64,000 bases of DNA from Vitrella brassicaformis CCMP3155 (GCA_001179505.1 CDMY01000242.1:62001-126000), one strand, 5' to 3'; positions 23,691-37,107 are shown, counted from the stretch's first letter. Program-made: numbers and translations. The notes: generated by a model not told the origin, from the sequence alone.

Positions 23691-24891
23691 TCATTTCTTC
23701 TTCTTCTTGGCCTTTTTCTTTCCACCTGACACACACAACGTAACATACACACGGCCGGGCACTCATCGCAGATCGATCCTCATACACACCGTACGGACAT
23801 GTACGTATGTTTTGTGTCTGTCTGTCTGTCTGTCTGGACCGAATGCGATGTCTTCAGCCAGTCTCTTGAGGAACTGCCTGCCAGCACTTTGAATGGTGGT
23901 GATGGCCGCCAGCTCGCGGTCCTCCTGCTTCGTCTTCTCCTCGGCCACAAACGCCTGGTCAGTCAGGTCACGCACACATGTCATTCAAAGGCCAACGTCT
24001 CAATGCAGGCCGGCAGGCAGCTAGGGCTGTGTTGGTTCATACGTACTTCGAGGGCGGCCTGGTCCTCCTTGGCTTTGCGCTCGGCCTCCTCGACTTTCAT
24101 GCTACACAGAGAGAGAGACACGCGGATATCCACCCATCCCATCCATATGATGTGTCCATTGATTTGATGCGTGTGTGGGTCTGTGTTGGTGCCGACCGTT
24201 CCAGCAGGTCGGCAAGCGCTTCAGCGGTGGCCTCTGAGAGCCGTGCAGTGCACATACAAAGTGCTGATGTGTATGTCTGCTGGCATTCACCCAGCCATGG
24301 CACCCATGGCACCTTTGTCCTCTTGCACACGAGCGATAAGGTCCTCCTGTCCATTTCATGGGGCACATCACATGCACACACACACATGTGCTCACAGACG
24401 AGTGAGGGCGTTGCATATCACATCTGCCTTACCTGTTCCTTGATGTCTTTCGCGAACACTTCCTGCCAATGATGGCGGTCCTCTGGAAGGGAATGCGTGT
24501 GTGTGCGTGTGTGTGTGTGTAGGCCTGCGTGGCGTGGCGTGCCTTGGAGGGTTTGACTCTTGAAGTCGAGGTAGGCGATTGCCGTGTTGTGAGACGCTGA
24601 CTCACGCGCCTGAACATACACATACACATGCAATGCATTGCGCAATGCACACGTCCATCCAGACACACGTATGTGTGTGTGTGTGTCAAGCGCACCTGTG
24701 CCACTTTGGTTCGTTCCAAGGTCTCCTGCAGACCTTTGATCGTCTAGGACACCCATGATGAACAGAACACACATTCAGCGAGAGAGAGAGAGACACAGAG
24801 AGAGACACAGAGAGAGACACAGAGAGAGAGATGGGTGGGCGTGGCGTCATGGAGATGTACCTGGTTCCACATCCGCAGGGCGGCCTGCTCC

Positions 24892-24930
<39 letters not shown>

Positions 24931-26771
24931 GTACAGATGAGCATCCATGTGTCTGTGCGTCTGTCTGCCTCACTGAGCGTCCAGCTGCTTCTCTTCAAAG
25001 CTCAGGACGATGGCTGACTGCGTCTGCAGTGGGGACACACGCCCACAAAGATGCACGTGAGTGCAACACCCTGTGAGTGCATCTGCGTTGACCCCGCTAC
25101 CTTGACTTTGTTTAGCTCCTCCTTCAGAGTGTTCATCTCAATCGTGCCGGCGTTGGTCTGACACACACACACACACACACCACACACAGAAAATGCGTAT
25201 GTGTCCCTCTGCGTGGCTGTCGGTCCGCCCACCTCCTTCTCGTACTCGGTCTGCTCCTTCTTGAGCTCTTCTTCAAGCGCAGCCACGGCATGGGCCGCCT
25301 CACTGACGGACGATGGATGGATGGATGTGTGTGTGTGTGTGGGTGTGTGGGTGAGCGGACCGTTCTCTCTTTCTGACTTCATTGAGCATCTCCTGCTGCT
25401 TCCGCTCCGTCTCCACCTTTAGGTATTTAGAACACACACACGCATACCCATTGGAGAGACACACCCGTGCCGCGCCCGTGTGAGTCCTTAGCGACCTTGT
25501 GGACGAGCGAGGTGAAGCTGCATTCCTCCATGATGTCTCGCTTGGTCTCCTCCAGCCACTCCACCACCCGATGACGCTCAGACAACAGCTTGGCCACGTT
25601 GCCTGCATCCACACCTCACTGTCTGTGTCTGTGTCTGTGTCTGTGTCACACAGCGAGCAATCTAATACATATATACATATGTACCGGCAGCAGTGGGGTT
25701 CTCCTTCAGTGAGCGGCACAGCGCTTTGTTGGACTCGCGCAGCTGCTGAGACACGCTCTGAGGGGGGGGGGGGGAGAAAGACCCGNNNNNNNNNNNNNNN
25801 NNNNNNNNNNNNNNNNNNNNNNNNNNNNNNNNNNNNNNNNNNNNNNNNNNNNNNNNNNNNNNNNNNNNNNNNNNNNNNNNNNNNNNNNNNNNNNNNNNNN
25901 NNNNNNNNNNNNNNNNNNNNNNNNNNNNNNNNNNNNNNNNNNNNNNNNNNNNNNNNNNNNNNNNNNNNNNNNNNNNNNNNNNNNNNNNNNNNNNNNNNNN
26001 NNNNNNNNNNNNNNNNNNNNNNNNNNNNNNNNNNNNNNNNNNNNNNNNNNNNNNNNNNNNNNNNNNNNNNNNNNNNNNNNNNNNNGGGGGGGGGGGGGAG
26101 AAAGACCCGAGGGAGGGAGGGAGGGAGTACGGCATAGCGACACACACACACTGACATTCACAGCCCCAGTCAGTGTCTACCTGTATCTGTGCTTGTGTCT
26201 TGTTGAAGAGGTCTTTGGTGGTCAGCCCTCTTGCAAACTGACTCCGCGTGACGATCAGCTCCTCGTACTGACAGAACGACACGCACACTATGTCACCCTA
26301 CAAAGATCTTGCATGTCATCGACTCGACTCATCCATCCACTCTTGTCAGTCACCTGTTTCTCAAGTGCCTTTTGCTCTGTGAGTATCCTGCTGATCTCGT
26401 CGCCCATGAACTGACTCAGCTCGTCACGACGCACCGACGCACCACCTGCACACACACACACACAGACAGTCAGATCCCTCCCTCCCCTTCTGTGTGTGTG
26501 CTTGTCTGTCCGCACCTGCCCCGGCAGTGCCATTAGCCGGCGGCCCCGTCCCTGTTGGACTCATCTGCAGCTCAGACATCAGCTGCAGCTTGCTCAACGC
26601 CTGCAAACCAGCAGAAACCACATCCCCCTCAGTCTTTTCTCTTGGGGCCCGGCCGTCTCTCCCTTCCCTCCCGACCTCTTCGATGAGTATCTGTGCCCGC
26701 AGAGACTCAATGGGCGTCAGCCGGCCCGCCAGGGAGGGCGATGCCCCCGCTGGTGCCGCGCCGGTCGCCAT
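23691..26771 (-). CDS. DRC9: Dynein regulatory complex subunit DRC9/IQCG-like (coiled coil, C-terminal IQ motif, Lys tail)
   Basis: Exons encode SQQLRESNKALCRSLKENPTAAGNVAKLLSER, ALEEELKKEQTEYEKE, HWQEVFAKDIKE, the IQ-like AITTIQSAGRQFLKR, and GGKKKAKKKKK*. Confidence 0.82.
25786..26085. other. Assembly gap (300 N) inside a DRC9 intron
   Basis: Run of N. Both flanks carry the same (G)n-agaaagacccg sequence. Confidence 1.
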
Positions 26772-27004
26772 GGCGCCTTCCCTCAGAATCAGGTCAGGCA
26801 AGGGATGTGGTGTCTGTGTTTGGTTTGCTCAGGCGACGGGTATTGAGGGGTTCCTGCAGTGGCGACGGGCCTACAAACGTCGCGCCTGTCTGCTGCTCCA
26901 CAAACGACGGAAAAAGGCAGCTTCTCAAGCCAAGCTTCTTTGGCGTTGACGCCAATGCTCGGGTTTCAAACCCTGGACCCCAGCCTAACCCAAGCACAGA
27001 AGAG

Positions 27005-27561
27005 ATGTTTCTCTCTCGTCGTCTGCTGAAGGTCATCCCTGTGCCAGAGTTCACAACGGGCAGGAGCGCACAGAGGGTCAGTCGCCACACAGCACAGCAC
27101 AGCACAGCAAACTACGCAGGCAGACAGGCAGATGCGCTGATCTCTCTTGTGTGCTGCTGCTGCCCTGTGTGTGTGCGTGTGTATGTGGCACGGGACGGCA
27201 GGTCAACATGGCGAACGAGGACCGTGCGCGATTTTTCTACTGGAACCTGATCTCCATCGGCATCACCGCCCTGCCCATCGTCTACCTCTGCTCGGTGAGT
27301 GAGCGAGTCAGGCCGGCCATACACGCACATACCAGATCCATCCGTTTGTGTGTGCGTGTCGTGTCTGTCGTGTGTGGGCTTGCATGTGTGTTTGTGTGTG
27401 TGTGTGGTCTCGTTCAGGGGCGTCACCACTTTTCGAAGGAGGACGACGAGACCCTTCGACGGTACGACCCAACCGGCTACATCGGCAAGCCGTTCAAACC
27501 GGAGTACAGAGACCTCCACCTTTACATCCCCGAGAGGACGCCCGCTGCAGTTGAAGCTTAG
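27005..27561 (+). CDS. Small (~100 aa) single-pass membrane protein with probable mitochondrial presequence
   Basis: Three exons give MFLSRRLLKVIPVPEFTTGRSAQR-VNMANEDRARFFYWNLISIGITALPIVYLCS-GRHHFSKEDDETLRRYDPTGYIGKPFKPEYRDLHLYIPERTPAAVEA*, with phase-0 GT-AG junctions. Confidence 0.7.
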
Positions 27562-28475
27562 GCGGCATGATCACCCACGGATGAGGGAGGGGGCTGTTGG
27601 CCACTCTACTAAGGAAGAGCAGGTTGTTCTTTGTTTGTGTGAGAGAGAGCTGGAGAGGGGCGCACGCTGTGTTGGTGCAATCGTGTGTGGGTGCGGGACA
27701 TCCGTTCGGGAAATTAGGCGCAGAGATCGATCGATCGATTGAGCGGTCGGTTATGGACAGAGAAAGTGTGTTGATTGGTGTGCTCGTGCATACGCTGTGT
27801 GGATTGACCGACACACACAGAGAGAGAAAGGCCTACTGAGTCTGTTCTGTTGCGTGGCGTGGCATTGGTTAAGAGCATCAGGTCAGTCAGTCACGCATGT
27901 GTGTCTGCCCCTCCTCCACGCACGCATACACACACACACCGAGCCACCACTCGTCTACGCAAAGTGAGTGCAATCCCATGGATCCGATGCACGGAAGCAT
28001 TCAGCATTCAGTCGTCACAGAGGCACGTCCGCTTAAACACACACACGCTCAACATAGATCGGAAAAGAGATAGGGACAAGACGCCCGCCCGCCTGGCTTC
28101 CACTGCTGCTGCATTGCACTTCTGCATTCGTGTCTGTCTGTCTGTCTGTCTGTTGGGTGTGCTATCTTAGTGTTACCTCTCTCCGTGTGCGCGCAATTAG
28201 ATATGTACGTGTGTGTGTGTATATGCCACGTATGTATGTGTGTATGTGTGTGTGTGTGTGTGCATCTCACCTCTTGGCGGGTCCGTCCGTCCGGCGCTTA
28301 AAAACTCCTGCATACAACCGATGGATAGATGGGCGATCGGCCTGCACCATGCACACACACACACACACACACGCGTCCGCCGCCTCTCCCTCGGTGTGCG
28401 AGGTGAGTGCGTGTGTGGCCATATATATAACTCACCGTGTTGTGCGCCGATCCCTCTGTGTGTCAGTAGGTGTGT

Positions 28476-31400
28476 TCACTGGGGCGGTGCGGTGCCATAG
28501 CCCAGCGCATCGCACAGACGCTTCTGGAGATCGCCCTTGTTGCCCCCCACCAGCATATTGAAGCGCTGATTGACACATAGCCACACCACACCAGGGGCAA
28601 CCACACAGACACACACGTGTGTATGCGCGTGAGTGTTTCGTTTGCGTGATCCATGTCGTTCGTCCGTTTACCCTGCAGTGATCCTTGAGCTCGGTGACCT
28701 GACACCGCCCCCCACGCACACACACAAGGTGTATGTATGTCTGTCTGCGCAGTGCAGGTGTGACCGTGTTGTCTGTCTCCCTCCCTACCGACCTTCATGT
28801 CCATGATTTGTTCCTTGGTCGGCCTTTCAGCGTCCTCGGGGATCACAGGCACACCACGGCTGCACCACCGACCCACACACACAAACACACAACACACAGC
28901 AGCAGGATGCCACCAAGCCATCAACGAACACTCTCTCACTCACTGACCTGCTGCCCTGGCTGCCCTGGCTCTTGCGCCCCGGTGAAGACGTGCGATGCGA
29001 CGGCTCGTCCTCCTTGTCACCACCAACTCCATCAGCCGTGCTCTTGGCCGCCGCATCCACCTTCTCGACGGGTGGCATCGGGCTTTCCTTCTCCTTCTGC
29101 TGCTCCGTGACGGTCTCCTCTTTGAGGGTCTCCTGCTGCTGCTGCTGCTGCTGTGGTGCCTGGTTGGGGAGTCCCTCTTGAGCTGTGGCCTCCATGGGCT
29201 TGGGGGAAACCTCCTTCTGTGTCTGTGTGGGGGCCGGCTGCTCAGCGGCTGCAGCAGGAGGGGCCGGAGGAGGCTGCTTGTCTTCATCCATGGGAGCTGG
29301 TGCTGGTGCTGGTGGTGGCTGCTGCTGCTGCTTGTCTTTGTCCTTTTCGCCAATCTCATTCTCGACATGTGGTGGCTGCTGCTGCTGCTGCTGCTGCTCT
29401 TGCTGGGTGTCCATGGGCGCGGGAGGGGGCTGCTGACCAGAGAGAGAGACACACACAGACGAGTGCGTGAGCGTGTGTGTGTGTGTATGTGTGTGTGTAT
29501 GTGTGTGTGTGTGTGTGTGTGCTGACCTCCTCTGGTTTGCCCTCGCCCATCTGGGTGTCCCCCTCCTTGTGCTGCTGCCCCTCTACCTCCATCGGCGCCT
29601 CCTCCTGCACTGCTGTCTCCCTGGGCTGCTGCTGGTCCTGCTGGTCTTGCTCAGTGGCGGCCATTCTGTCGTCCTCGGTCTTCATCTCGACGACGCCCTC
29701 CTTCTTGTCCTCACCCTGCACACACACATCACGTATCGTACGTGTGGTGTGCATCATGTGTGTGTGCGGCTGGGCGGGGCGCGGACCTTTTTGTTGTCAG
29801 GTTCGAAGGTGGGCTCCTCGACCCGCACCATGCGCACATCGCCCTCCTCCTGCACACACGACACGACACGACACACAAGGCACAACAAGCATGAGTGTGC
29901 GATGCGACCTATCGGCGGGCGTCGTGTGTCAGTCAAATCCACCTGGCCGTTTGATTGTTCGCCCTCCTCCATGGTCTCATCGCCTGCCGCTGCCGCTGCT
30001 GCCGCACGTGGTGAGGGAGCGGGACCTCCGTATGTCTCCAACTCTGCACACACGTGTATGTGCACATAGAGGTGTGTGTTGCGTGGACTCATCCACACCA
30101 GACGGCACCCATTTCTCTCTGTCTGTCTTGGTGAGGCGCCCCCCCCTCCCCCGGCGCAACATACCCGACTCGTCAATCTGCTTCAAAGCCTCCAGCTTGC
30201 GCTGCACACACACACACACACACACGCACAAACAGGTGTGGATGGATGGATGGACATCTGCCTCCCCCTCACTCTCTCACCTCTATGGCCATCTTTGTGT
30301 CGGTGAGTAGCCGCTCTGTGACGCCGTTGTGCTTGGCCGGCAGGTAGAAGATCGTCGGCTGGGCCCTGTGGACACACACATGGATGGATGGATGGATGGA
30401 TGGACACACACACAGACGGATGCACCAGGGTGCGGCGCTCGTATGTGTGGTGTGGTGTGGTGTGAGGTGGTGACCGTGTCTTGATGAAGTTGCGCATCTT
30501 GCTGAAGTGGATGCTCAGTTTCTCGTTCTGACACACCAGCAAGCATCCGACACGGTCAAGAGGGCTGGGGTGGGCCTCCATCGGTGTGTGGTGGTGAGGG
30601 GACGGGGCTCACCCTCAGCTCGAGCTCCTTCTTGTGCAGCTCGCGGGCCAGCTCGCTCAAACGCTGCTGGTCGCTCGCACGACGATCCTGTGTTTCCGCA
30701 CACACATGACACGACACACAAGCCTTGGTCCCACGTGCCCTATGGTGTGTGTGTGGATATCTACCGTGTTGCCTGGTTTACCTCTGCCTCCTTCCTGGCG
30801 TTTTCCTTGAGTGTGAGCTCCTGCGTGTGCGCCTTGGCCACGGCCTTCTCCTCCAGCATGCGGTGACGCGCCATCTACAGGAGATATTCCGACACCGACG
30901 TGTACGTGTGTGTGTGCGTGTGCGTATCTGTGTGTGTGGGGCTGTGGGGCGGGGGAGGTGCTGACTGACCGCGTCGGACTCCTTCTCGGTCTCGAGCGCG
31001 TCCTTGGCCTTCTTCAAATGTCCTGAAGCACAGCGACACACAGACACACCACAGGCGGACAGATGTACATCGAAATGTGTGTGTGTGTGTGCGTGTGTGT
31101 GTGGTTCATACCCATGAGCCCTGCAAACATGTTTCGGTTCCGCTTCTTGAGCTTGTCGTCCATCTGCACCTTCGGCTGCACCACACAGACCGACACACAC
31201 ACACACACACACAGGGAGGGAGAGGGAGAGGGAGAGGGAGGGATGAGGGGCAAGTGTGTGTGTGTGTGGGATGAGGCTCATCACCCGTTCTGCGACGGGT
31301 GGTTCGTCCCTGCCATTGCGATCGCCCTGACATCGACACACAGAGAGCACGTCAGTCAGTCACATTCGTCGTCTGTCACTCATTGTCCGCGTGTGGTGTG

Positions 31401-32307
31401 ATGTGATGTGATGTGTGTATGTTCCCACCTGTGGCTTGGGGGGAAGCGACACCGCTGCAGACATGAGGCGTACCTTGGCGTGCGGGCCGTCCTCGTCAAA
31501 GTCCTTAAGCACACACACACACACACACACAAATCATAGCAAGGATGGATGGATGGATCCACCGGCGTGTGTGTGAACAGGCACGCACCCTGCTTCTCTT
31601 GTCGCGCATGCTGGGCAGCGACGTGGTCGACAGCTCGCCCATATCACGCGGCGTCACCGTCAGCGGAGGCAAACCTGACACAGCACACAGACATACAGAC
31701 ATACACACAGACAGACATGCATCGCGATCGTGCCGTTCTCGTCACTGGCTCACGCACCCTCAGTCGAGCGTCCTCTCCCCACTGCAGAGAGCGGCAGCCG
31801 ACCTGACACACCTGACACACAACACCCATACACACGCACACCCACTTCCACACGAGAGACACCGCATGTGCCTCACATCGTGTCCGGACTGCCAGCCTGC
31901 CTGACTGACCGGCATTGGGTCGTTTGATCCGTCTCTCCAGCTCCCGCTTCTCATTCACCAGTGCCCGCAGCTCGTTCTCCATGTCACCCACACGCGACGA
32001 CGGCGCACTGCCGCCACCACCGCCGCCTGGACGCTCACGGTCCCGATTATGATCTCTCGTGAGGCCTCTATCTCGCTCTCTGTCTCTATCCCGGTCTCGT
32101 GGCGAGTAGGAAGGGCCTGCACGGTCCGCTGACACACAGAGAGAAGAAAGGGACAGCGGATGCAGGCAGGCAGGCCTGAAGGCGTGGCTCTGTCTTGGTT
32201 CCGTCTGTGTGGACGCATCAGCCCAGCTCACCCATCATGCGGCGGTCGTCATCTCTGTGTGGAGGTCCTCTGTCGCCGCCACGCTCACGATAATCACGCT
32301 CCGACAT
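28476..32307 (-). CDS. PNN: Pinin (PNN/SDK/memA)-like splicing factor with C-terminal SAP domain
   Basis: KKRNRNMFAGLMGHLKKAK and HFSKMRNFIKT..PTIFYLP match the pinin core. RD-rich N-terminus, Q/E/P-rich linker, terminal IMDMKVTELKDHCRRFNMLVGGNKGDLQKRLCDAL (SAP-like). Confidence 0.85.
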
Positions 32308-32397
32308 CCTTCCCGCGCATATTTGTTACACGGAAAAGACCGCCCTAAAACCATCGCTCCTTTCTTCCCTGAGAGGCAGCAGGTCGAGAACGGTGCC

Positions 32398-32918
32398 ATG
32401 CCCTTGACTGAGCCTCGTATTGCCGTCGACGTTTTGGGCACCGGATACACAATGAGTCTGGGCGTCGACGAGAACACCACAGCCAGGGACCTGATCAGGA
32501 AGGTCGGCGGACGGACACAACGGAGATGCAGCACAGAGCTCTGTGCGTCCGTCTCTGAGCGTGTGTCGTGTTCTCCGCGTGCAGATCCACACATTCACAA
32601 GGCAACACTGTCCAGAGAGGCACTTCGAGATGGATCTCTATGTCAACATAAGGCCGGTGCTGCACGAGGACATCAAAATCAAGGACAACTGGTGAGTGAC
32701 AGACAGCTGTGGTGGCACATACATACAGAAAAACACCACGACGGCAGGACAGGAGCGTATGTGTGTGCGTTTCCTGTCTGTCTGTCTGCCTCAGCGAGGA
32801 TACGGATAAATCTATGGCGGTCCCTCGCACGACAACGTCAGCCACGCTGGTGCCCTCTCGGCAGTGGACGCGTTGGCGGCGGACGTACACGCCTTTGGGC
32901 GAGGATGAGTCGAGATGA
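32398..32918 (+). CDS. Small protein with a ubiquitin-like (beta-grasp) N-terminal region
   Basis: Three exons with in-frame junctions: MPLTEPRIAVDVLGTGYTMSLGVDENTTARDLIRKIHTF..DLYVNIRPVLHEDIKIKDN. The 'T..DL..KI' and 'L..D..I.D' pattern resembles UBL domains. Confidence 0.55.
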
Positions 32919-33755
32919 AGGAGTGGGACCGGCGCAGCTGTGACCGGCCGCGTGGGAGTGAGGACACTGCCTTATGCCCGAGTCACTCGCCCATGCAGAC
33001 ACACAAACAGACAGACGGGGATGGGTACTCTTCTCTGTACAAGGGCTGGCTGACTGACTGACTGGCTGACTGACAAGGGGGGATGCTCAGTGCACCATAG
33101 AGTAGAGTGTGCGCATGGCATGCCCATGTGCTCTGTGACGTTTCCCTTTGACTGAGGCGCCAAGTAGTTTTTATTCGGTTCGTTCACGGGCTTTCTTTCT
33201 GCCCCCAATGCTTGCTTTATCGTGTGGGTGTATGGTGTGGTATGCGTGTCGGCTTGGCTTTATTGGATTGCATCCATCAGACAGACACAGAAAGACCATT
33301 GCTGATGTTAAGTGCATCTATCTATGCATCCATCCATCCGTGAATGCATTTCAAGGACGTGTGTGCGATGCGCACGGATGGACACCATATACCCACAGGC
33401 AGCATGCATTCTGTCACCAGCAACGTCCCGCGTTCCGTTCAGCAGCGTACACATACATGGGGCGCTCCTTCGTGTGTGAGGGTGCGACGGGCGGGTGAGT
33501 GAATGAGCCTGCTGCTGGTTGCTGGCCAGCCGATTCAGCCACCCGCCCGTGGCATCAAGAGATATGCGGTGGCCCGATGGCCGCTCCAGCCATGCGCACC
33601 GCGGCAGACTCACCCACACACACGTAGCTATATACAAGTAGGAAAAGAAGCGAGATAAAGAGCCGTCAGTCGTTGCTCTCTCTACCGTCCTAGCTATCCA
33701 TCCTAATCAAACCCGTCATGTCATACCCGTCCGCTCACCCACCCCACCCACCCAT

Positions 33756-33806
33756 AGAGTGAGCGTGAGGGAAGAGTGAGCGTGAGGGAAGAGTGAGCGT
33801 GAGGGA
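33756..33806 (+). repeat. 17-bp minisatellite x3 (agagtgagcgtgaggga)
   Basis: Three perfect tandem copies read directly. Confidence 0.95.
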
Positions 33807-33887
33807 GGGAGTCGATCCCCTATGCTCTAGCGGGTGGCATCATATATGTAGACGAATGCACGCAAACACCATCCTCCTCTCCTGCGC

Positions 33888-33923
<36 letters not shown>

Positions 33924-34001
33924 GACATACACACACAGTCCGTCGACCAATTAATTGATGGAGAGCCTGCCTTCACCTGTCTGTCACTTCCTTCTTGTGC
34001 T

Positions 34002-34630
34002 TCATGCTGCGGGAGCTGCAAAGAGTATCATGCACACTCCCACAGCCGCCACCCCGAGCGCAGTGCCGACGACACACACTCCACACACCGCGAGCATCGT
34101 CCCCAAGGCCTGGCAAAGGCAACAACGATGGAGGCCGATTGGAGGGCGCGGAACAGACGAATGAGCGAAAGGTGCGGCCATGACTGACCTGGATAGCCAT
34201 GTTGTCCGTGGTGGAGGGCAGGGTCGGAGCGCCGGGGGAGCTGACGGGGGTGGGCCACGGCTCGGCCACGAGGGCAAACACATCCGAATCCTTACTGCAA
34301 GAAAGGAACACACAAGGTCGACCACATGTGCACGCATCTTGAGTTGTCTGACTTGCCTCGTGCTCGTGATGATCTCAGTTTCGTCCACAATCTCGCCATT
34401 GCGCGTCAGGTGCTTCACCGTCACTCTCAAAGCCTGGTTCAGCTGCACTCAGACACACAGCGAACACTCACTCTCACAGACACACAGAGGCAGAGTCTCT
34501 GCGTGCAGATGCACACCTCTTGGATGTACTGCTTGGCCGTCTTTCGGTCGTCAACGGGCAGCAGGATGGCCAGCCCTGGGACGCCGGTGGCCTCACCCGC
34601 GCGAAGCCTCAACATCTGGGTGACCGGCAT
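34002..34630 (-). CDS. Small tail-anchored membrane protein (possible UBL-like domain)
   Basis: Four exons: MPVTQMLRLRAG..QYIQE / LNQALRVTVKHLTRNGEIVDETEII..RQLK / DSDVFALV..MAIQ / ALGTMLAVCGVCVVGTALGVAAVGVCMILFAAPAA* (C-terminal TM). Confidence 0.55.
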
Positions 34631-34844
34631 GGTGGGGAAGCTGCTGGGGTAGAAAGATGGTGTCGAGATTCGTCTGTCTGCGAAGGTGGCGTGCCCGCCG
34701 CTTACCAACACAAGACAGGCGCATCTCACAGCTGAGCTTGCAGATGATTCCGATCCCTCCTTTTCTTTCTGTGAGTGTATCTGGCGGCAGATCTGTGAAG
34801 ACTTGAGGCGAAACTGTCGATAGATACCTTGACGGCCGCTTCCG

Positions 34845-36393
34845 ATGAGAAAGCTGAAAGAGAAGGTGCGGAGAGAGATGAATGTGCACACACACGGGCC
34901 ATGACACAGGGCAGACAGACCTACGCACATCTGACGACCGAACAACTTATTCAGATCACTTTGTGTCTGTCCATCAGGAGCCCTTGTCGTCAGAGCATGA
35001 CGATGGCGAGTCGGCGGCTGTGGATGGATCCCAGCACGACTACGGTGCCGAGGCTGCTGCCAACGCCGAGATTGCAATGGCTGTCCTCAACAACGGCACC
35101 GGCGATGAATGGTCGGCACACTCATACGTCACACATCGTCGGTTGGTGAAGCGGTCTCTCTCTCCTCGTGTGTGCATCTCATCTGCAGGAGTGGTGTGGG
35201 TGTGGGTGTGGGAAGTGCTATGAGGCCCGCACACAGGGTGGAGAAGAAAACGAGAGGCTATGACGACAGGGACCTCGGCTTCCATCCCAGGTGCGCGTGG
35301 GGGGGCTCCCAAACACACATGCGATGCGGTGCGTTCTCACCATCTCTCGTGTGAATGTGTGTGCGTGTGTTGGTGAAGGTACGACCCCCTCAAGGCCGAC
35401 TCGCGTCAGTATCTGCTGCACCCCACTCCTTCTGCTTCTCCTGCCGCTGCTGATGCTGCTCAGCAGCAGCACAAGGAGCCGAAAGCCAAGAAGAGAAAGA
35501 CCAAAGCGAAGAAGGAACAGGATGATGAACCGATACAACACGCCGACAAGGGCAACGAATCGACAGAGGTGAGTATGGGTCCATCCATCCGTCCATGTGC
35601 CGTCGACTCTCGACAATACTTGGCGTGGTGTGCATTGCATTCATACGTGCAGCAAGAGGCATTGGCGCCGGCACCACCAGACGCACAAGCAGCAGTGGCA
35701 GCAGCGGACACGGCCCACGTCCGTCTGGAGGTGCATCCCCTCTTCGCCTCCATGTTCAGAAAGGCCAACCAACCACACACACAGGACGACCAGCAGACAG
35801 GTACGCATACGCACATCCGCATAGGCACCTCCTCTCACTGATGCGTGTGCCCGTTGTGTGTGCAGCAGGTGATCTGAAGCAGCAGCAGGGAGCACCACGA
35901 CGGCAGAAGGCCTCCCGAGAGAAGGGCGACACACAGACGCAGCCATCAGCTGCAGCTGGGTCGGGTGGCGAGCTGCAGTGGGCGGCATCCGTGTTGGGCG
36001 AGGGGGTGCTCGACGATGCTAAGGGCGAGAAACCCAAGAAAAGCCGGCACAAGAAGCCTCCTTCAGACGGGAAGAACGCTCTCACAGGTGGGCAAGGGCA
36101 GCGCCACCACCCATCCACACGCCCCTTCATCCATCCATCTGTCGGCATGATGAATGAATTGGTGTGCAGGTCGCTGGGGGTGCGCGGACCCCCCTCCCTG
36201 CCCAGTCGGCCCCCTCAACTGTCGGCCCTTCTGGCGGACTGAGAGCTTAGATGCAGTGGAGGCCCAGTGGATGGCGCGGCGCCGGGCACTCACGGCCGAC
36301 TATAAGTCGAAACACAAACAGGCGCTGAGGAGCCAGAGGAACAGGGGCAAGGCTGGTGGTGGTCGTGGTGGTGGTGGTGTTGAGCCCGACTGA
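34845..36393 (+). CDS. Low-complexity Lys-rich protein with a NOL8-like C-terminal motif (possible nucleolar factor)
   Basis: Multi-exon with NLS-like KAKKRKTKAKK. C-terminus FWRTESLDAVEAQWMARRRALTADYKSKHKQALR resembles, from memory, the NOL8 terminal FW...W..R...L....KKHK.A.R. Confidence 0.5.
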
Positions 36394-36792
36394 CCCGAGT
36401 GTGAAAGAGTGTGGGGATGTTCCATGGGGGCATCGGTGGTTCATGAGAGTGACCAACAGACACACACACACACACGGATTATGCATGTGTGTATGGGTGG
36501 GTTGTCTGTCGGAAGTGAGTGATGGATCGATTGGCTGGCTGTACAAGGGTTAATGTATGTATGTATGCAAACGTCATCAACGGCACAGACAGACAGAGGC
36601 ATTGGTCATGTCATGGCCTCATGGTCACATCTGTGTCATGCAGTCAATGACTACATAGAGAGAGTGTCTTGTGGTGTGGGTGGGATGATGCCGCGCACTG
36701 GTCCGTCATCGATCATCTAACGTATCAGCTGCACTGCAAACACATCGCAACCCACAAATACACAAAGGGGCCGTCGCTCCTGCCTTTCAATC

Positions 36793-36906
36793 TCACCTCA
36801 CCTGTGTTGTGTTGTGCGTGGCGACGTGGTGCTGTATTGTCGAATCAGCCACTGCCCACCTGCACACATACCATACAGGGGCGAGCATAGCGTACCCGGT
36901 TCCGCG

Positions 36907-36937
<31 letters not shown>

Positions 36938-37107
36938 ACAGCCACGCATGAGTGTGTCGTGTGCCCGCCCCGCCACGCCCCGCCTCACCCACCCACCTGC
37001 CACACCTCCATCTCGGTGCATGTGAAGGTGGACGTCTGCGCCAGTGTGCCGCTGCTCTTCTTATTGAATCTCCCCTTGAAGCCCTCCGACAGCTCATCCC
37101 TCTCGAT
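36793..37107 (-). pseudogene. 3' fragment of a TLDc gene (truncated)
   Basis: IERDELSEGFKGRFNKKSSGTLAQTSTFTCTEMEVWQ followed by the family intron gtgggtgg. No upstream TLDc sequence is adjacent. Confidence 0.75.

Noticed and set aside
33756-33806. 17-bp repeats as a CRISPR-like array
   Set aside because: No spacers and a eukaryotic context; a simple minisatellite. The same applies to the intron A/B repeats of the precursor genes.
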